A stretch of 64,000 nt of DNA from Chrysomallon squamiferum (taxonomy: Eukaryota > Animalia > Mollusca), in NCBI GenBank assembly GCA_012295275.1, contig CM022679.1, positions 24,304,001 to 24,368,000 of the forward strand. The letters are read 5' to 3'. Positions 39,871 to 53,800 of this stretch are shown here, in pieces; within the stretch, counting starts at the first letter, position 1; every line of letters starts with the position of its first letter. The notes below the pieces were generated by a model. That model saw nothing but the letters and a program-made list of their open reading frames with translations, ran no database searches and was not told where the DNA came from. The position numbers were made by a program, and so were the translations under genes.

Positions 39871-40726
39871 TTACTGTTACACCAATTTCAGTGCTAATCA
39901 ATTTGTGTTCTGTTTGTTTCTTAATCAGTTTATTTTTACTAAAATGTAATGTCTCTAATGATACTTATTATATTTATAAATAATAACAATGATCTGCATG
40001 TTTATAAATCTGTTACATTTATGTCATTTACAGGTTTCATTTCACCTTTGTTTACTTCCATTTTTAATAAACTGTCACCATCACAAGAAACAAGAATCCA
40101 TTTTCTCTTCTTCACTTTTTCCCATAATGGGAAATTATTATCCTAATCATCAGAAGTATCATCCTGTGGTGTAGCTGTCTCATAAACATTGTCCTCAAAA
40201 ACTTGCTCCTCCTCACAAGTCTGATCTTCAGCTGACATATCAGTCTGAAATGTTTTGTTAATATCACAGCAAAGTACATGAACACTGTTCTTACATAATT
40301 AAAAGTAAAAAAAAAAAAAAAATGTGGAACTTCCTGAAGTATATCATCCCATCCAAATGTCACACAATCCATTTGTGGATAAAGAATTTCAACAAATGAC
40401 TGACATTTTCTACTTTTCATACACTGCAAAAATAAAGTGAAGAAATATCTGAATTGCAACAACGTATTATAATATTATGAAAAAAACCTATAGAAACGAT
40501 ACCCGAGAAGCAAAGGTGAAAATTAAGAATGTGCCTATGATCTGCTCATGAAAAAGGTAACAAATGGTAAAAATAATAGTTTATTCTAAAGTGGCAGTTC
40601 TGATATATCAATTAGTGAGAACATATACACAGCAATAAAGTTTATTAGAATTACTGATACATATAAGAACATAAACAGAAAGAACATTACCTACACAAAA
40701 TAATGCATCAAAAATTTTCAAGACTC

Positions 40727-41210
40727 TATGTCACAGCATAAAAAGAAGTTCAGTACTGCTAATGAGAACTTACAGGAACACCCATAGTGAAAACACTGTT
40801 CCTCTTAAACCGAGTTTCGTGACACAAAATGTCTATGCATCTCCTAACAATACTAGGTACTAATATGGTTCACACCACATATACAGATTTATGTCACAGC
40901 ATTTAGTTCTGTCTGTAAAAGGAAGACCAATGACGACTTACAGAAACACCACTGCTGCTCTTAAACCGAATTTTGTGACAGATGTCTATGCAGTTCCTAA
41001 CAGTACATGTTAATATGGTTTACACCACATATAGAGATTTATGTTACAGCATTTAGTTCTGTCTGTAAAAAGAAGGTCAATATTGCCAATGACGACTTAC
41101 AGGTATACACTGTGGAAAACACCACAATGCCCTTAAACCTCGTTTCTTGATGCACATGTCCGTGCATTTTCTAAATGTCCTCTTATTATGGAACAGACGA
41201 TATACAGTTA
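40727..41210 (+). repeat. ~150-165-bp tandem repeat (about 3 units); related copies at ~25120-25340 and inverted at ~48725-49080
   Basis: Recurring tatgtcacagcat..ctcttaaaccga..atgtctatgca..atatggtt..caccacatata. Confidence 0.8.
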
Positions 41211-41800
41211 TTTAGGTATATTCTATCATTGTTGGTCAGAACTGAAGTGGTTTATACAGTCTATTTATAGAAGCATCCCTAATAGTAATAGTTAAGACCT
41301 TTGTTGTTAAATATATTTTCATAGCCAGACATACGGTTATGATACACTGTTTGAAATAGGATTAACTTTAAATTTACGTGAATGGCTTTGATTGTTGAAA
41401 TGATTCTTAGTCAAGTTATTGTTAACACTAACAGACTTCTGGTTCCATCTCCTTTTAACAACCAGTGTTGAAAAGTAACGACTGGAATCTGAAAATAAGA
41501 CAAATTTGCTCATTAACAAAAGTGGTGATTGAGAATATAGTACACAGATAGTATAAATTTGATTTTCTTCAAACGCGGCGGGGCGGCGGCAGGTGAAATG
41601 ATAATGATGCATAACAAACACCATATTTCGAAAATAAATTTTAATTTTGCTACAGTTTTCAAAAACGTATGCTTTTTTTTATAATAAAGGTGAGTATGTT
41701 TCATACATTAGAAATTGAAACTGCTAACTATTTGAAACATCATTCCGCACCTCAAATACGTCATAGTTTTAATGAGCAAAGTTGAAAGTCGACTTACAAG

Positions 41801-44800
41801 ATGGAAAGCAAAGAAACGGGACTCATGTCTGAATATCAAAATCCCATTAGGATTCCACAAGATCAAGTAAAAACAGGTAATTATTCGTCAATTAACTGAT
41901 AAAGACATAAATCGAAACAAATAACCATGGTGATAATATTAAATATTTAACCAGCAATCAATACCAAGGTGAAGGTCATACATTTTTAGAGATCCAAAGT
42001 TGCCAGAAAGTATTCTGTCCATACTGAAGTATTCATAACTTAATATCACTAGATGTACAGTACAAATATTTAAAATCTCATACATAAATAAACTGTTTTA
42101 AATATCAAAAACTTAAAATCATCAGTGTAATTCATTTTGGGGAAATGTTGTTATGATTATCAATGTGACTGTCATTGTGTCAGCAAAGTTTTGTGACGAC
42201 ATGACCAGCCAGGAATATTTCTTTACATTTAATCAGTAACAGCATAGCCATTCTAACACTTCAAGTTTTTAAATGCTATTTTTTGTTTTAAATCAGTATT
42301 CTGGGACTATAAAATGACTGAGAAATAGAGGATTTTGACTTCTTTACATTTGAATGTTCAAATGTCATTATTACTAACATATTGGAGCTCAGCTGGATTT
42401 TCAGTTCTATATACTGAGGTTGTCATGAAATGAAAGTCTGAATTATTTAGGTTTCAATTTTATTTCAAGTCTGATTTTCACTTCTTTTTTTTTTTTCTTT
42501 TTTTTTATTAAATCTCCTACCTTTATTCTGCACACTAATCATGGATTCACCTGATGTATTCTAACAATTGGAATTTTCATTCACAACTTACCACAACTGA
42601 CTTACAAAGAAACATTGAATTTATTTAGAAGCAAAAGATAAATGAGTTGACAAGAATGTTTTGTTTACCGTAACTCATATTGTGTTTATGTCCGTGTTTT
42701 ACTATTCTAGTGCAAACTACATTTTTTCATAATCGTCAGTAATTGCTCATATATTTTTACAGCAATCTCAGATGAAGGTGTGGAACAACCCATTCAGTCA
42801 TCTAAGTTGGTCATACAGAAAGAAGGGGAGAACTTCACTGTGCAAGTAGGTCAAATGACCGAGGTATATTTATTAGTTTGGACTTTTTTACTGTTGGTGT
42901 TCTGATAATTTGAATAAAATGGTAACTAACTTATTAAAATCAAATTCCACACAACAGAAAGGATAAAATCAAATTTTATTACCCTGAGCTCAACTCTGAG
43001 CAGAGTTACCCTGAGCAGATTTATGTATAAAGTAGTGTTATATAATTTATTGTTTGTTTATTCCATTTTCCATTTGTCAGTAATCAAACAATGAATATTC
43101 AATATGTATTTAATGAATAGAAACAAAAAAACACAAAAATCTGAATAATGAGGTATTATTATTATTATTATTATTTTTATTATTCTTGTTTTTTCAGAAG
43201 CCTACAGTATCTGAAGGTATGAATGTTTATTAATTGGTTTTCATTCACTTCTAAGATCCAAAGTTGCCAGACTGTATTCTGTCCATACTGAAGTGTTAAT
43301 AGCACTAGATGTACAGTAGAAATATTTAAAATGACATACATCAATAAACTGTATTAACTCACTACAATTTAAAATCAGTATAATTTATTTTGGGAAATGT
43401 CATTATCAAGAAAAGTTAGTGATAAAAAACTGTTTGCCTGGTTTCTTAAAGAAATTATCTTGGATTACAATGTCTTTAATTCCACACAGACTTATTAACA
43501 TTTTGTTAAGACAGTCACAGTTCAACAGATAGCTTGCAAAGCCTGTATTGTCATTATCATCACTGACATCTTTTGTCATTATGGGACATTTATACTTCAT
43601 TTACAAAGACATGAACCATCATTTCTGTTCAAAATGGAACATGGTTTTCCATACTGAAGCTGTAAACAACATTTTAAATGTTTTGTTACAGGACCTCAAA
43701 TGAAAGAACTACAGGAGACAAAGGCAGAACTACAGGAGACAAAGGAAGAACTACAGGAGACAAAGGAAGAACTTCAGGAGACAAAGGTAGAACTACAGGA
43801 GACAAAGGTAGAACTACAGGAGAGAAAGAAAGAACTACAGGAGAGAAAGGAAGAACTACAGGAGACAAAGGAAGAACTACAGGAGAGAAAGAAAGTACTA
43901 CAGGAGACAAAGAAAGAACTACAGGAGACAAAGGAAGAACTATCCAAGTTTACTCAATACTGTAAAGATCCGGAAAAAGAAAATATGAAGACTGAGAAAC
44001 AAGAACTGAGAAAGAGTAAAGGTTTGAAATAGTTAATGATTTGATTATTAGTTATGACAGAAACAAATGATTTTATTTAATTTTGGAATTTTCATTAAAA
44101 AAAATTTATCATGCAAAGAAAAGAGTGAGTCACAAAGAATGTCTAAATTATATTTTTACTGAATTATACTGAAGGCAATTTTAACTCAAAAGAACATTAT
44201 TATTTTTGTATTAACAAAATTTTTGAAAATGGACTGCATTTATTGGTAAATATTAAAATTACTTGTTTTAATATTGAGAAGATAGAATAGTAAGTATTTT
44301 TTAAGAAGAATCATACCTATCATATTATCTGAATAAAAGTAGCAGATACAAGGTTATGTTACACTATTTCAAATAGGAATAACTTTAAACTTACGTGAAC
44401 AGCTTTGATTATTTTTATCTGGATTCTCCTTGTTAAGCGTTCTGCTGCTGTCTCCTTTTAACAACCAGTCTTGAAAAGGAACAACAGGAATCTGAAAATA
44501 AGACAAATTTGCTCATTATCAAAGAAGTAAATATATCTTATACAGGGGATTTAAAAAAAATTAGAAATGGTGATATTTCAGAATAGAATAAACAGATTTT
44601 ATAAATTTGATTTTCCTGAAATGCAGCTACTGAGCTAGCGAACAATGTCCTATGCATGAATGATATAAAATAAACACCACATTTCTAAAATAAATTGCAT
44701 CATATATCTGAAATTTTATTTTTACTATAGATCAGAAACAAATATGCTTTATTTCATAATAAAAGTGAGTGTGTTTTTTATCGTAGAAGTTTAAAGTATT

Positions 44801-47800
44801 ATTGATGTGTGAAAGAAATAAAGTGCTGGAGTTATCGTTCGATGATTTCACAGCAGCAGGAATTGTTTGCTGCCTTTATTTCACTTAGGAGGCAATTGCT
44901 GCATCTGCATGTTAACAATCTTGTTAGGATTTACCATTGAATTTTTGTCAGAACTTTATGTATTTAATGGACAGTTTTACTTGAAAACCTAAGAATGGAA
45001 AAGTTTATTAATAAGGAGATGAAAAATGAAGCAAAGATACTCAAATCTTTTCACCATAATCCCATTCAGTCTCCAGAAGATCAAGAAAGAAAAGTAATTA
45101 TTCACCAGTTAAGTAAATAAACTGATAAAGATGCACACACATACACACATGAATATGCAAATGGATTTATGGATTTATAAACAGCAAAATCCGATGATAC
45201 ATGCATATAGATACACTATAAAAACATAAATGAAGCACATAACCCAAAATGAATACCAAGTTCACACATTTTTGGAGATCCAAAGTTGCCAGAATATACT
45301 CTGTCCATACTGAAGTGTTAATAGCATTAGAAGTACAGTATAACTATTTAAAATGACATACATAAATAAACTATATTAACTCACTACAATTTAAAATCAG
45401 TATAATTCATTTTGGTAAATGTCATTATCAAGAAAGGTAGTGATAAAAAACTGTGTTTGCCTGGTTTCTTAAAGAAATTATCTTTGATTACACGCAGACT
45501 TATTGACATTTTATTAAAATATTCACAGTTCAACAGATAGCTTGGGAGGTTTGCACATACTTTTGTTATTATGGGACATTTTTACTTCATTTACAAAGTC
45601 GTGAACCATCATTTCTGTTCAAAATAGAATACTGCTGTCCAGACTGATACAGTCCTGCATGGTGCCTCGAGGCTGATTTTGTTTTGTTTTATCTCCTGGC
45701 AATATTCTGCACACTGATCATGAATTCTCTTGATTTGTTCTAACAGTTGTAATTTTCCTTCACAACTGACTACATTTTCTTATCTTTGATGGCGTGTGTA
45801 TATATGTATATGTGCATGTGTAACTACACATATATACATATACATGGATTATCATGATAATGTTAGGCTAAAGAAAAGAAAATAAGTATTGATATTATTT
45901 AGAAGCAAAAGATAAATCAGTGTTTTGCATACTATAACGCATATTATGTTTATGTTGGTGTTTTACTATTGTAGTGCACACTACATTTTTTTATAATCTT
46001 CAGTAATTGTTAATTTATTTTTACACAGGTTCTGATAAAGAAGTTCCTTCTGTGGGGAAATGCGTTGAAACATCTAAATGTCGATTTCACAGTCAGGAAA
46101 AAGGGGAGAACTCCACTGATGCGTTGGTATCCCTTCACTCGGATAAAAGTCAGTCTGCCGGAAAGGGAAAAGTAGACAAGTTCACTGAACAAGCACGTCG
46201 AACGGCACAGGTATAGGTATTAGTAAATTAATTGGACTCTGTGGTAAATATGTTGTTGATGTTCTGTGGTAGATATTTTGAATAAAATTGGTAACAAACA
46301 TATTAAAAATCATCAAATTTCACACAATGAAAAGATTAAAAAATAATTAACAGAGTTCAGCTCAGCAGATGGATGTGTAAAGTGGTGTTATATAATTTAT
46401 CATTTATTTATTGCATTTTCCATTTATCAGTAATCAAACAGTGAATATTCAATATGTTTTTAATGCACAGAAATAAACAAAAAAATATTTTTAACAAATG
46501 AATATTGCGGTATTATTATTATATTCATATTATTATTATGATTCTTGTTATTTCAGATGCCTGCAGAGTCTAATCCACATGAAGAAGGTATGAATGTTTA
46601 TTAATTGGTTTTCATTCACTTCTAAATAATTCTGCATTACAAAGCTCCAGAAAAAATCCCAAACAAAAGTATACTGACCTGTTTTTTAGATTTATTATCT
46701 GTTTTGTAGATTGAAATAGTTAAAGACACAAATGGACAGGTGTGTGTGTGTGAAGAGAAAATTGTTTCTTAGCCTATAAATAAAAAGTAATCTAGACCAT
46801 TGTTATATTTCTGACAACCACAGTCTGTCATTTACTGTGACATAATTAGTAATAAGTGTTCATATTATTTTTGTTCTATTAATACTTTTTTTATAAATAG
46901 TTTTAGTTACAGACTGATTATCTAATATTAACCATCAAATGAAATTAAATTGTTTTTAAATTTTGTTTATTAATTGGTTTTCATTCACTTCTAAATAAAT
47001 CTGCATTACAAAGCTCCAGAAAAAATCCCAAACAAAAGCATAATGACGTGTTTTTTAGATTTATTATCTGTTTTGCAGATTGAAATAGTTAAAGACACAA
47101 GTGGACATGTTTGTTTGTGTGTGTGTGTGTGTGAAGAAAAAATTGTTTAAAAGCAGTTCATATTTCTTATTTCTGTTTTACAGTGAATCAGGGAAAACCA
47201 AACCTGGATGTGTCAGCCATTGCACCAGAACAAATTTGTAAAGGTATCCTTACATTTTTCTTTTCATCTCATGTGTCCAGAAATATATATATAAATCACA
47301 TACAACAACAGCTATTTTTCCGTTATTAATAGTGAAATGCTTGTTCCGCATAGAGATAAAAGAAATATATAAATTTCCAAATCCTCTTCTGACAAATTAT
47401 AGCATTATTAATACTTTTTTATATAAATAGTTCTTCTTACAGACTGATTGTCTAATATTATCCATCCAATGAAATTAAATTCTTTTTATAAAAATGATAT
47501 CAATATAAGGTAAATAACACACATACACACATGAAATGCAAATGTATTTATGGATGTATAAACAGCAAAATCTGACAGGACATGCATATAGATATATTAT
47601 AAAACACATATTTGAAGCACATAACCAGAAATCAATGCCAATTTCATACATTTTAGGAGATCCAAAGTTGCTAGGCTGTATTCTGTCCATATTGAAGTGT
47701 TAATAGCACTAGATTTACAGCACAAATATTTAAAATATTTAATGCATAAAATTGTATTAAATCACGAAAATTTAAAATCATCAGTATAATTCATTTTGGG

Positions 47801-50800
47801 AAATGTCATTATCAAGAAAAGTTAGTGATGAAACACTGTTTTCCTGGTTTCTTAAAGAAATTATATTTGATTACAATGTCTGTAATTCCACGCAAACCTA
47901 TTAATATTTAGTTAAAATATTCACAGATAGCATGGGAGGTTTACAGATACTTGCAAAGCCTGTATTGTCATTATCAATGGTGTCATCTTTTGTCATTATG
48001 GGCCATTTTTCTTCATTTATAATGTCATCAACCAACATATCAGTTCAGAATGGAATATGGTTTTCTTAAGTCAGTATTATGGGACTATAAAATGACTTAG
48101 AGAAATAGAGGATTTTGACTTACCTACAGTGTTCAAATGTCATTATTATTGACTTGTATAGCAGCTCCTCACCTTTTAATTCTGTATATCGACGTTGTGA
48201 AAAAACCAAAGTCTGAATTATTTAGGTTTGAATTTTATTTCATGGCTGATTTTGATTTTATTATATATATTTTTTACTCATCTAGCTATATTGTGCACAC
48301 TAATTATGGATTCACCTCATGTATTCTAACAATTGGAATTTTCCTTCACAACTGACTTACATTTTCTTATCTTTAATGGCATGTCGGTATGTACTTGCAT
48401 ATGCATTTACATACTTGTCGGTATGGACTTACACATGTGTAATCATGATAATGTTAGGCTAAAGAGAAGAAATTTAAAAGAAATATTGATACTATTTAGA
48501 AGCAAAAGATAAATGAGTTGACAACGATGTTTTGTTTACTGTAACTCATATTATGTTTATGTTGGTGTTTTACTATTGTAGTGCACACTACATTTTTTTA
48601 TAATCTTCAGTAATTGTTCATTTATTTTTACACATGTTCTGGTAAAGAAGTTCCTTCTGTGGGGAAATCCGTTGTCGGAGAGAAAGAAGGGGAAAACTCC
48701 ACTGATCAAGTAGGTATAGAAATAAGTGCTGTGATATAAATTTCTCTATCTGGTCTAAGCCATATCAGCACCTAGTATTAGGAACTGCATAGACATTTGT
48801 GTCATGAAATTTGGTTTAACAGCAGCAGGGGTCTCACTAGGGGTGTGCCTGTAAGTTGCAGTTAGCAATATTGACCTTCATTTTACAGACAGAACTAAAT
48901 GCTGTGACATAAATCTGTATATGTGGTGTGAACCATATTAGTACCTAGTATTGTTAGGAACTGCATAGACATTTGTGTCATGAAATTCGGTTTAAGAGCA
49001 ACAGTGATTTCACTGGGGCTGTTCCTGTAAGTTGTCATTAGCTGTATTGACCTTCTTTTTATGCTGTGACATAAATCTCTTTAATTTAGATTAGAGTCTT
49101 GAAAATTTTTGACCGATTATTTTGTGTAGGTAATGTTCTTTCTGTTTATGTTCTTACATGTATCAGTAATTCTAATAAACTTTATTGCTGTGTATATGTT
49201 CTCACTAATTGATATATCAGAACTGCCACTTTAGAATAAACCATTATTTTTACTATTTGTTACCTTTTTCATGAGCAGATCATAGGCACATTCTTAATTT
49301 TCACCTTTGCTTCTCAGGTACCATTGTTTCTATAGGTTTTTTCATAATATTATAATACGTTGTTGCAATTCAGATATTTCTTCACTTTATTTTTGCAGTG
49401 AATGAAAAGTAGAAAATGTCAGCCATTTCTTGAAATTCCTTATCCTTTTTTTTTTTAACTTTTATATAAGAACAGTGTTCAAACAGTGATCAGTGAATAT
49501 TCAATATGTATTTAATGCATAGAAACAAAAAAACACACAAATCTGAATACTGAGGTATTATTATTATTATGATTCTTGTGATTTCAGAATCCTACAGTGC
49601 CTGGTCCACCTAAGAAAGGTATGAATGTTTATTAAATGGTTTTCACTCAAAAAACATACTGACATGTTTTTATATTTAAATTTATATATTACTGAAAACA
49701 TAAATCGAAACATATCACCAAAACGCTCATATATTTTTGGATATCCAAAATGAATTCAATCCATACTGAAGTGTTAATAGCTAGATGTACAGTAAAAATA
49801 TTTAAAATCACATACATAAATATTTAAAATCATTAAATACATTTTAGGAAATAACATCAGAAAGTTTAGTGATGGAAAGACTATGCCTGGTTTTCTAAAC
49901 AAATTATCTTTCATTACAGTGTCTGTACTTCCAAGCAAACTTATTAACATTCATAATTCAGCTGTTCTGTCTGTAATTCCACACTAACTTATTCACATTT
50001 TGTTAAAATATTCACAATTCAGCAGATAGCATGGGAAGTTTACACATGCTTGCAAAGCCTGTATTGTCATTATCATCACTGACATCGTTTGTCATTATGA
50101 GCCATTTTTACTTTATTTATAAAGATATGAACCATCATTTCTGTTCAAAATGGAACACGGTTTTCCATACTGATATGGTGCCTTGTGTCAGTCCATGTGA
50201 CATCAGTGTGGATAAAGCAATGTCATTTCAAAAGCAAAGTTTTGTTGCAGCCTCCATGAAATAGACATGACAAAGCCTGGCATATTTTTTTATATTTAAT
50301 CAGTAATCCATTTTTCTTTATTTACCAAGTAAAACAATAGCGTAACCATTCCAGCACTTCAAGTTTTCAAAAGCTAATTTTTCTTATGTCAGTATAAAAT
50401 GAATTTGAGAAATAGTTTTTTTTTTTACTTCTGTACATTTGTGAAAAAGATCTGTCTGAATTGTTGAATTTTATTTCGAGGCTGATTTTCATTTATTTTT
50501 GTTTTATTATCTCCTAGCAATATTCTGCACACTGATCATGAATTCTCTTGATTTGTTCTAACAGTTGTAATTTTCCTTCACAACTGACTACATTTTCTTA
50601 TCTTTGATGGCGTGTGTATATATGTATATGTGCATGTGTAACTACACATATACATATACATGGATTATCATGATAATGTTAGGCTAAAGAAAAGAAAATA
50701 AGTATTGATATTATTTAGAAGCAAAAGGTAAATCAGTGTTTTGCATACTATAACTCATATTATGTTTATGTTGGTGTTTTACTATTCTAGTGCACACTAC

Positions 50801-53800
50801 ATTTTTTTATAATCTTCAGTAATTGTTAATTTATTTTTACACAGGTCCTGATAAAGAAGTTCCTTCTGTGGGGAAATGCGTTGAAACATCTGAATGTCGA
50901 TTTCCTGTAGAGGAAGAAGGGGAGAACTCCACTGATGCATTGGTATCCCTTGACTCGGATAAAAGTCAGTCTGTCGAAGAGGGAAAAGGGGAGCAGTTCA
51001 TGGAACAAGCACGTCCAATGGAACAGGTATAGGTATTAGTAAATTAATTGGACCCTGTTACTGTTGGTAAATAAGTTGTTGATGTTCTGTGGTAGATATT
51101 TTGAATAAAATTGGTAACAAACATTAAAAATCATCAAATTTCACACAACAAAAATAATAAAAAATAATGAACAGAGTTCCAACTCAGCAGATAGATGTGT
51201 AAAGTGGTGTTATATAATTTATCATTTATTTATTGCATTTTCCATTTATCAATAATCAAACAGTGAATATTCAATATGTTTTTAACGCACAGAAATAAAC
51301 AAAAAAATATTTAAAAAAAAATGAATATTGCGGTATTATTATTATTATGATTCTTGTTATTTCAGATGCCCGCAGAGTCTAATGCACATGAAGAAGGTAT
51401 GAATGTTTATTAATTGGTTTTCATTCACTTCTAAGATCCAAAGTTTCCAGACTGTATTCTGTCCATACTGAAATATTTAAAATGACATACATAAATAAAT
51501 GTATTAACTCATTACAATTTAAAATCATCAGTATAATTTATTTTCGGAAATGTCATTAACAAGAAAAGTTAGTGATGAAAAACTGTTTTCCTGGTTTCTT
51601 AAAGAAATTATCTTTGGTTTCAGTGTCTGTAATTCCATGCAAACTTATTCACATTTTGTTAAAATATTCGCAGTTCAGCAGATAACATGGGAAGTTAACA
51701 CATGCTTGCAAAGCCTGTATTGTTGTTATCATTACTGACATCTTTTGTCATTATGGGCCATTTTTCTTCATTTACAATGTCATCAACCATCGTATCAGTT
51801 CAGAATGGAATATAGTTTTCCAGATTGATACAGTCTTGTTTGGTGCTTATGTCAATCCATTTGACATCAGTGTGGATATAAGAATGTCATTATTGGAACT
51901 GACTTCAAATTTTTGTTGCGGCCTGCAGGAAATAGAGGTGACGAAGCCAGGCATATTTCTCTACACTTAATCAATAACACATTATTCTTTATTTACTAAT
52001 GAAAACAACAGCGTTCCATTCCAGTACTTCACTTTTCAAAAGCTAATTTCTCTTAAGTCAGTATTATGGGAGTATAAAATGACTTAGAGAAATAGAGGAT
52101 TTTGACTTACCTACAATGTTCAAATGTCATTATTATTGACTTATATATTCAGTTCTGTATATCGAGGTTGTGAAAAAATCAAAGTCTGAATTATTAAGGT
52201 TTGAATTTTATTTCATGGCCGATATTGAATTTATTATATATATTTGTTAATCTCCAAGCTGTCTTCTGCACACAAATCATGGGTTCACCTGATGTATTAT
52301 AACAATTGGAATTTTCCTTTAAAACTTACCACAACTGACTTACATTTTCTTATCATTAATAGTTTTTTGTATAGGTATGAACATATGTAATTATACATAT
52401 ACGTACACATGTGTAATCATGATAATGTAAGGATAAACAAAAGAAAAAGGATTAACTGAATTTATTCAGAAGCAAAAGATAAATGAGTTGACAAGAATAT
52501 TAAGAACTATTACTTCTTTTCTGTTTGTTTTGTGAGTCCAATGATGTAGATAAATCACAAAAAAACCTCAGATGCTTTTTTTAAATTTATAATGTAATTC
52601 GTCTGTAGAACAAAAGAAAAAAGATATAAAATTTCCTCTGGAAATCCTCCACTAATAATACTTCAGATTTATTATTTCTTCTAATAAATATAGTTTTTAT
52701 TACAGATTGATTGTCTCATATGAAACATTCAGTGAACATAAATATATTTTTTATATAAATTATGTGGTATCAGATGATGTGTTTTAAATGCTTTGTTACA
52801 GCTGTAGATTCATGTTTATATGTTTAATTATTTATGATTTTTTATTTATTTAATCTCTGCCCTAACAAATCATTACCAGGATTGCTTCAAGCTACTGATA
52901 CAAATTTCAACATGGTTAGAAAGATCTTGGATGAAGATCTTAGAAAGAAGGATGAAGATATTAGAAAGAAGGATGAAGATCTTAGAAAGAAGGATGAAGA
53001 TCTTAGAAAGAAGGATGAAGAAAATCTGAGATATCGCCAACAACTAAATGAGAGAGAGATGCATTATCAGTGGCAATTAAATCAGATAAATATTTATCAT
53101 CAGCAGCAATTAAATGATATAAATGTGAATTGTGTGCAGTACCAACAACTACTAGTCATGAACATTCTGACTATTAATAATCAGTTAGAACATTTAAACA
53201 ATCAGGTACAAGAGCTGAACAACAGACAGCAAAGTCAAAATAACATGACTGAGATCATCATAGATCAAGCAAATGAGCTTCAAAGACTAAGACAAGGTAC
53301 TCGAGGTTTGAAATATTTAATGATTTGATTATTAGTTAAAACAAACTGATGATTTTATTTAATTGAGGAATTTTCATTATTTTTATTTTTATTTTTTTGT
53401 CATGCAGAGAAAAGAATGAGTCATAAAGAATGTTTAAATTGTATTTTTACTTAATTATATTGAAGACAGTTGTAACACAAAAGAACATTGTTATTATTTT
53501 TATATTAACAATTTATTGGTAAATATTAAAATTAGTTGTTTTATTATTGAGAAGATAAAATTGTAACTATTTGAAGAAGAAACATACCTGTCAAATTATC
53601 TATTGATAACATGACGTAAAATACTTTCCTCCGCTTTTTTTCTTATTTTATTTACTTATTTATATGTTTATTTATTTATTTATTTATTTTATAGAAAATA
53701 AATAATAGTTGTGTATATCATAATTTTACTTTTTTCAGATGGTGAATCTTCAACACCTCAAGATGTGTCTAGATGTAAAGTTTGTCTGTCAGAAAATGTA

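Noticed and set aside
43678-43965. CRISPR-like or mucin-like repeat; alternative frames TTGDKGR and SPVVLPL
   Set aside because: Contiguous 21-bp units with no spacers; only the ELQETKE frame fits the splice phase.
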